From assembly GCF_018350175.1 (NCBI RefSeq), contig NC_058386.1:45694001-45758000 (forward strand): a stretch of DNA of 64,000 nt, in the 5' to 3' direction. A program made the translations under genes and the position numbers. Below, piece after piece: positions 58,599 through 64,000 of the stretch. Position 1 is the stretch's first letter, and every line of letters starts with the position of its first letter. The DNA comes from Felis catus. Its lineage: Eukaryota. The notes below the pieces were generated by a model, which saw only the letters and a program-made list of their open reading frames with translations, was not told where the DNA came from and made no database searches.

Positions 58599-61500
58599 TT
58601 GCGCACTGTACCAGTTCGGACCACCTCTTCCCCCGCCTTCCGAGTTTGAAAAAACTCAGAGCTGCCTTCTTTTAAAAAAAAAAAAAAAACAAAAACAAAA
58701 AAAAAAAAAAAAACCAAACACAGGACCTTCCTTTTACGCATGCGCGCTTTTGGCTGCCCTGGCTGGAAATAGGTTTTTTCTACGTGTTAGGGACCCAATA
58801 AAACATGCAGCCCTGGGATAAAATCTTTCTACCTTTCAACCTGCTTTTCTTAAACTGCTGCCGAGGTTCTTCACCAACTTGGATGTCTGCGTCTCTAAGT
58901 CGTCTGCTTTTTGGCTTTTCTCCACACGTAGTGATTACCAGGCGCGGAGGGGAAGCGGTACTGGGGGGTTCTTAATGAAAGAGTACAAAGATACAGGTCG
59001 GATGATGGAAATTTTGGAAATGGATGATACTGGCGATAGTTGCACAACAGTGTGAACTTCCTGATGGAACCAACCGATGCTCATTTAAACATGCTTAACA
59101 TGGTACGTTTTATGTGATCGGTTTTAGTACCACAAAAGGGAGAGAACACAGGTGACATAGGATAGAGTTTGTCCTAAATAAGTAGTTACACAAATAGGTG
59201 GAAATGAAATGCGGATTTCAAATAAGCCGTGAAAGAACCGGTAGATAACTACTGAAAAGGTACATTGCCCCTCTTGCCTTGCTTGATCTGGGTTGGCCTG
59301 CATTCCCTCCCCATTGTCTCATCGGGTCTCCCCCTTGGTACCTATTGCCTCAGTCAGTGTGCTGCTCTGGGCTGGAAGCAGTGCTCCTCTGTATCCGCGT
59401 GTGCGTGTGTAACAAGCACATTTATTGACAGTCAGGACCCTTTCTCTATGGGTGGCCTCCCACAATACATCCTGTGGTTTAGTTTCTACTCCCTTTTGTG
59501 GCTTGGGCTTTTTTCCTCTTGAGTCAGATGGATGAAGCTTCAGTTACCCTGGTAACCATTTTTCTCTTTTTAAATCATCTCAACGTCTCATCACAAAAAG
59601 ACAAGGAGAGGGAGACAAGTGCTTTCCCATCTATCCTGGACCTTCAGGCAAGCTGACGCCTGAGACTGAGTGACCCAGTGAGGAGCTGCAGAAGAATGTT
59701 GCCATGACAACAGAATGGCTCACCCCCTTCCGGCACACAGCCCCTTCTCCCTCCCTCTCACTGCCTGATAGATCTCACTTCAGAATGGGAACGTGCTTTG
59801 GCTAGGACTGAAGGGATAGGTGTATCGTAGAGGATGGAAGGAGAGAGGTATAATCCTGAGATGCCTTCAGAAGGAACTGGGGGAGGAACCACAGCCTCCC
59901 CAAAAAAAGCATCCTGCACAACAGTGAGGTCCCAGAAGGCTACGGAAGCAATGAAAGCAGAGTAGCTCTAATGTGTTTGTGATTTTCTCCAGCCCTAAAG
60001 GATGCTACAGCATTGTATGCATGGCTCAGGCCCTGGAAAAGGGGGCCTGTGTTGTTAAAGGAGAATGGAGCCTGGCATCACTCGTGGAGGGCATGACAGA
60101 CTTGAGAAGGACCTGCTCACCTCAGTGACAGCTCTTATGAGTTACTCCGCTGTGTCTGTCTGGTCTGCTCTTCCTTCTGTGCTCTGCTTTGGGGGTCCAT
60201 TTCTGGGACATGAAACGTTGTCCTAGTTAAAGGAGAGGACAAGGCAAGGATGCCCCATCCTCCTCTAACATGGACTGATTGGAGGGTGGACAGAGCAGGG
60301 GCCTGTGGGGATGGTGAGCTGGGATCACAGATTCACCAGTGCTCCTCAGACCACAAGGGCACGGTGGGTAATTGATTCTCTCTGGCTGATGTGATCTTCA
60401 TGATTATTCACTCTCAGGACTACACAGAAAAGGAGCCAAAACCCCCACTGAATTCATTGATGGTCTGCTAAGCATCTTTGATATCAATCACGTGACTGGT
60501 CTAGCTGAGGAAGTGCTCAGTCGCTCAGATTTCCACCACACCTTCCTTCTTGCCTCCAAGTGGGGAAGGTGTATGTGTGGCTTACAAGTCTCCCCGGGTG
60601 GTGCTGGAATGGGGTGTATGAAATCCTTATGTTGCTCACAGTGTCCTGGGTGGTTTCTGAGGGAAGGAGGACTCTTGTGTCCCTGGTCCACCTGGTGAAG
60701 TGACCTGCACCACCTTGCATGTGGCTGGTGTAACCTGCTTTTTCCTCTCTCCTCTTGGCCAGTACCTGCTGCTTCCTGGCTGACCCAGCCTCAGCTCACC
60801 TGTGTTGGCATGTGGAGACCTCTTGGATTCTTGGTCTCAACGTCCATCACTTCTGTGGGAAGGGCTGTTGCTCCACAGCCTCAGCTGCAGGGTCACCTAG
60901 TCTGCTGCATGCTTAGTCCTCCTTCATTAACCCCTGATGGGGAGTCACTCACTTTCCACATTTCCTTACCTGGGGATGCAGCCTCTGGAGGGTCACAGCA
61001 CAGCAGGAGCCACGATCAGCTCCAGAAAGCTAAGTTCCTAAACTTCAGCCATCCCTCTGCCCAAAGAGACTGCTGGGTCAGCCTGCAAAGTGAACTCCTC
61101 TGAGTCCCAAACGCAAATCGGTGCAAAATCCTTTCCTCCACTTGTCTGATACATCTCACTTGTCCCCTCCCATTCAGGGGAGTCTGACCTGAGAGCCTTA
61201 CCTCCATCGGCCACCTCTTTGTGTCATGTACTCCTCCAATACTGGGAGACAACATTCATCTTTGCTTGACCTTCATGCTGACAAGACTCCTATAGAGTAT
61301 ATCCAGATCCCAAAGGGAAAGCTTTAGGATTTGCTTTTATTATTATTATTATTATTATTATTAAGCAAAAAGGGATTGGCTAGTTGAGAAAGAAACATAA
61401 AAGAGAGAGGATTACCAGTCAGTCATGCACCCTTGTGCCATTGTCAGTACGGACGATCTATAAAAGTAAACTCAGAGTTCAAAGACAGACACCATGTTTT

Positions 61501-64000
61501 AAAAGGGTCCTAGGAGATGCTTGTCAGCAATTGTAACATCAGTACCCAGAGAGCTTCAATCCTAAATCCTCTGCTCCCACCAGCACCTGGATACTCGGCA
61601 GCAGAGATGAACTTACCCAAAGCTTGTGATGTTTTCCAAGGGTTCTGGGGCAAATCTGGGTGTGTCTTCCTAGGTGACTAGTCCAGGAGTATTTGGAGGT
61701 TTGGCAACCTTTTTTCCAGTCTCCTGTTTACCACATAATGAATTAAAACAGCAGCACGGAGACTGGCTCCATAGTTTAATCGTTCAAAGTAACTACTTTT
61801 CTCATTACCGGGGGAAGCACAGTCTACATGACTGGAAAACAGAATTAAAGAACAACTGCCCTAAAGGTAAAATCCCCAAAATGAAAGTGTTTGCTTGAGA
61901 ACTTCCCATTCTGGGCACAATGCCTTTAGTGGCCTTCCTGCTGGAGTTACAGTACAGGTTCCTGGCTCGGTCCTAACCAGGACAGTTTCTCCCTAGCTAC
62001 TTCCATGGGTGTGGGTCCCATACAGACAATACACGTGGGAACACTCTGGCCTCCAGCAGCTCTTCTCAGGCTCCTGATTCTCCCACAGGCAGTCACTCAC
62101 AATGCGAAGCAATGATTTATCAAACATCCTGAGAACTCCTGGTGCCAGCTTTGTTCTGAAAATAGTTTCATTCACCTTACGGGCACATGCCCTGACTGTC
62201 CTAAGTGCAGATGGAGAAACCAAGTCACAGGGACACTAAGGAACGCGCCTGCTGCTATGCAGCCTGCGAGTTCACTAGATGAAGTCTTGAGAGCACTGCT
62301 GCCCACCCTAGGTGTCCTTATGATGGGCCAACCTCTTCTCTTTCTTTCTCTCATTCATCATGGGTATCTCATTTTAAGCAGCAAGTGAAGTAATTTAACG
62401 ACTGAGAAGAAAGTTTTTTTGTGTGTCATTAGTACAAACACCTCAAAACCTGCAGGAGTTACCATGGGGCACACGTGTTCCTGTGGGTTTAAAGGGAGAT
62501 CATCCAGGAACCCTCCCCCGCCCCAGTGATACCCTTTCAGTAACCCACAACAAAGCAACAACAGGTGTCAGGTGACCTTTTATTCGGCATTCCATAACAT
62601 TAATGAGAGCCTCTCTTAATAGGTGTGTGGTGCTCTTGTACAAGCTGGTCACGTAGCACTTATCTGGGGAGTGAGAGAATACAAACCAACCAACCAACCA
62701 ACCAACCAAGGAATAAGCAAATTAGTGGGCTGTTAGGAAGAAAATAACCCAGGTCCTAGGCCAGGAACAACCTACTTTACACAAGGTGGTCACGGAGAGC
62801 CTCTCTGAGGAGGCAATAATGGAGCAGAAACCAGAAGGTTAGAAGGAACCCACCATGTAAGGATCCAGGGAGAGACTCTTCCAGGCAGCGACGACTGTGA
62901 TCACCAGTGTTCTAAGGAGGGAAGAAGCATGTGCAAGGAACAGGAGTAGGCCAGAGTTACTGCCGTGAAGACAAGAGATGAGCAGATTGTTCGGATACGA
63001 AAACAGTAGCAGTAGATGAGCACAGAACGGGATGGATGGATACAGGATGTTTTCAGAAGATCGAATCCAGAGGACGTGGTGCTGGGTTGCAGTGGAGACC
63101 AAAGGAACACGTCACGTGAAGAGGCGTGCTTGGGACATGTTAAGTGTCTGCTCCCTTCTGGTCATCCAGCAAAGACACAGACAAATGTGGGTCTCAGGGG
63201 ACAGGTTGATGCATGAGGTACGAACGTGGGAGGTCCCGTTGTGTCCATGCTCTGTGCTGGCACCAAGGATGAAACAACCCACAGAGAGAGTGTAGATGGG
63301 AAGGGCCCTGTTAAAAGCCCTGTGGAATAGGGAGTGAGCAATAAACACTGACAAGGAGCACAGTGGCCACTGGGGTTGCGAGAACATCACCCAAAGAGTA
63401 AAGTTTCAAATAGGCCAAAATACAAATTAGAAGAAAGGGAGGGAGGGACATTTTCAAGAACCAGGCAATTGTTAAGTGTACCAGAGCTATCTGAGAGGTA
63501 CAGTAGGTTGAGGAGAGGACATCATCAAAGGGATTCACTGGTGCCCTTGACAGCTGTTTTCATTTGGGGGGCAGGCTGATAGAAGCTGGACTGGAGAAGT
63601 TAGCAAAAAAAAAAAAAAAAAAAATGGTTACAGAACAAGGGAAGACTTGCTGTTTACAGCAAGCGAAATGTGGCAGTGTCTCAGAAAGATATGGGATAAG
63701 GGATGGCTTTACGTTTTACTGCCTCTTGTATCATAGATAACAGAATGATGGAGAAATAAATGGATAGGTGATAATTGGAATCATTGCAAAGTCCTACTCC
63801 TCCTCCAGAAGATGGGCATGGGATCCAGGTGAAGGGCCTGGCCTCAGGTAGGATAAGGTCCTTTATCCCACAGGGATAGCAGAGATACAGGTGCAGATCA
63901 GGTGTTGCTGTGAAGTGGTGAGAGTTCCTGTCTGATAACTGCTCTTTTTTCTTTTCTTCTTCTTCTTCTTCTTCTTCTTTTTAATGTATTACCATTGAAC

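Larger units (their letters stand above)
3135..64000 (-). ncRNA. Putative multi-exon repeat-built lncRNA locus (FIRRE-like candidate); true ends unknown
   Basis: Minus-strand splice sites conserved between young and old unit copies, no conserved ORF, CpG/CTCF block in each repeat. Identity is inferred from architecture, not from an alignment. Confidence 0.4.
11483..64000. repeat. Homogeneous tandem macrosatellite, ~6.43-kb unit, 8 full units + partial 9th, runs off the window end
   Basis: Unit starts (aggagtaggccagag) at 11483, 17943, 24371, 30802, 37233, 43669, 50099, 56524, 62942 (periods 6460, 6428, 6431, 6431, 6436, 6430, 6425, 6418); the ORF track repeats with the same offsets; differences are microsatellite lengths and a few SNPs. 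Confidence 0.99.

Noticed and set aside
11483-64000. snRNA (RNU2-like ~6-kb), 5S, rDNA or tRNA gene array
   Set aside because: No U1/U2/5S/rRNA/tRNA sequence recognised on either strand; ccttacctgg at ~15964 is a reverse-complement splice donor, not U1
11483-64000. Ampliconic cancer-testis protein gene array
   Set aside because: The promoter style is compatible, but the predicted exons gave no conserved reading frame by eye; not fully excluded without transcript data
1-64000. CRISPR array or other prokaryotic system
   Set aside because: Sequence is mammalian; no short repeat-spacer structure or operons

Overview
Mammalian (felid) non-coding genomic DNA, judged from cat-type tRNA-derived SINEs; I find no credible protein-coding gene. 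From ~11,483 to the window end lies a head-to-tail macrosatellite of eight complete ~6.43-kb units plus a partial ninth, nearly identical to each other. Each unit carries a CpG-rich promoter-like block (inverted ETS pair, GC box, NRF1-like site), one strong CTCF motif in the same orientation, old L1/L2 fragments, four microsatellites and several minus-strand exon-like segments with canonical splice sites. Positions ~4,730-11,482 hold older, diverged and rearranged copies of the same unit, interrupted by SINEs and ERV LTRs. These old copies still keep the splice sites and a CTCF-like site. My leading but unverified interpretation is a repeat-built, minus-strand lncRNA / CTCF-array locus of the X-linked FIRRE/DXZ4 type (best guess FIRRE), in a recently homogenised state. 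The first ~4.7 kb is ordinary repeat-rich flank that may contain 3' exons.
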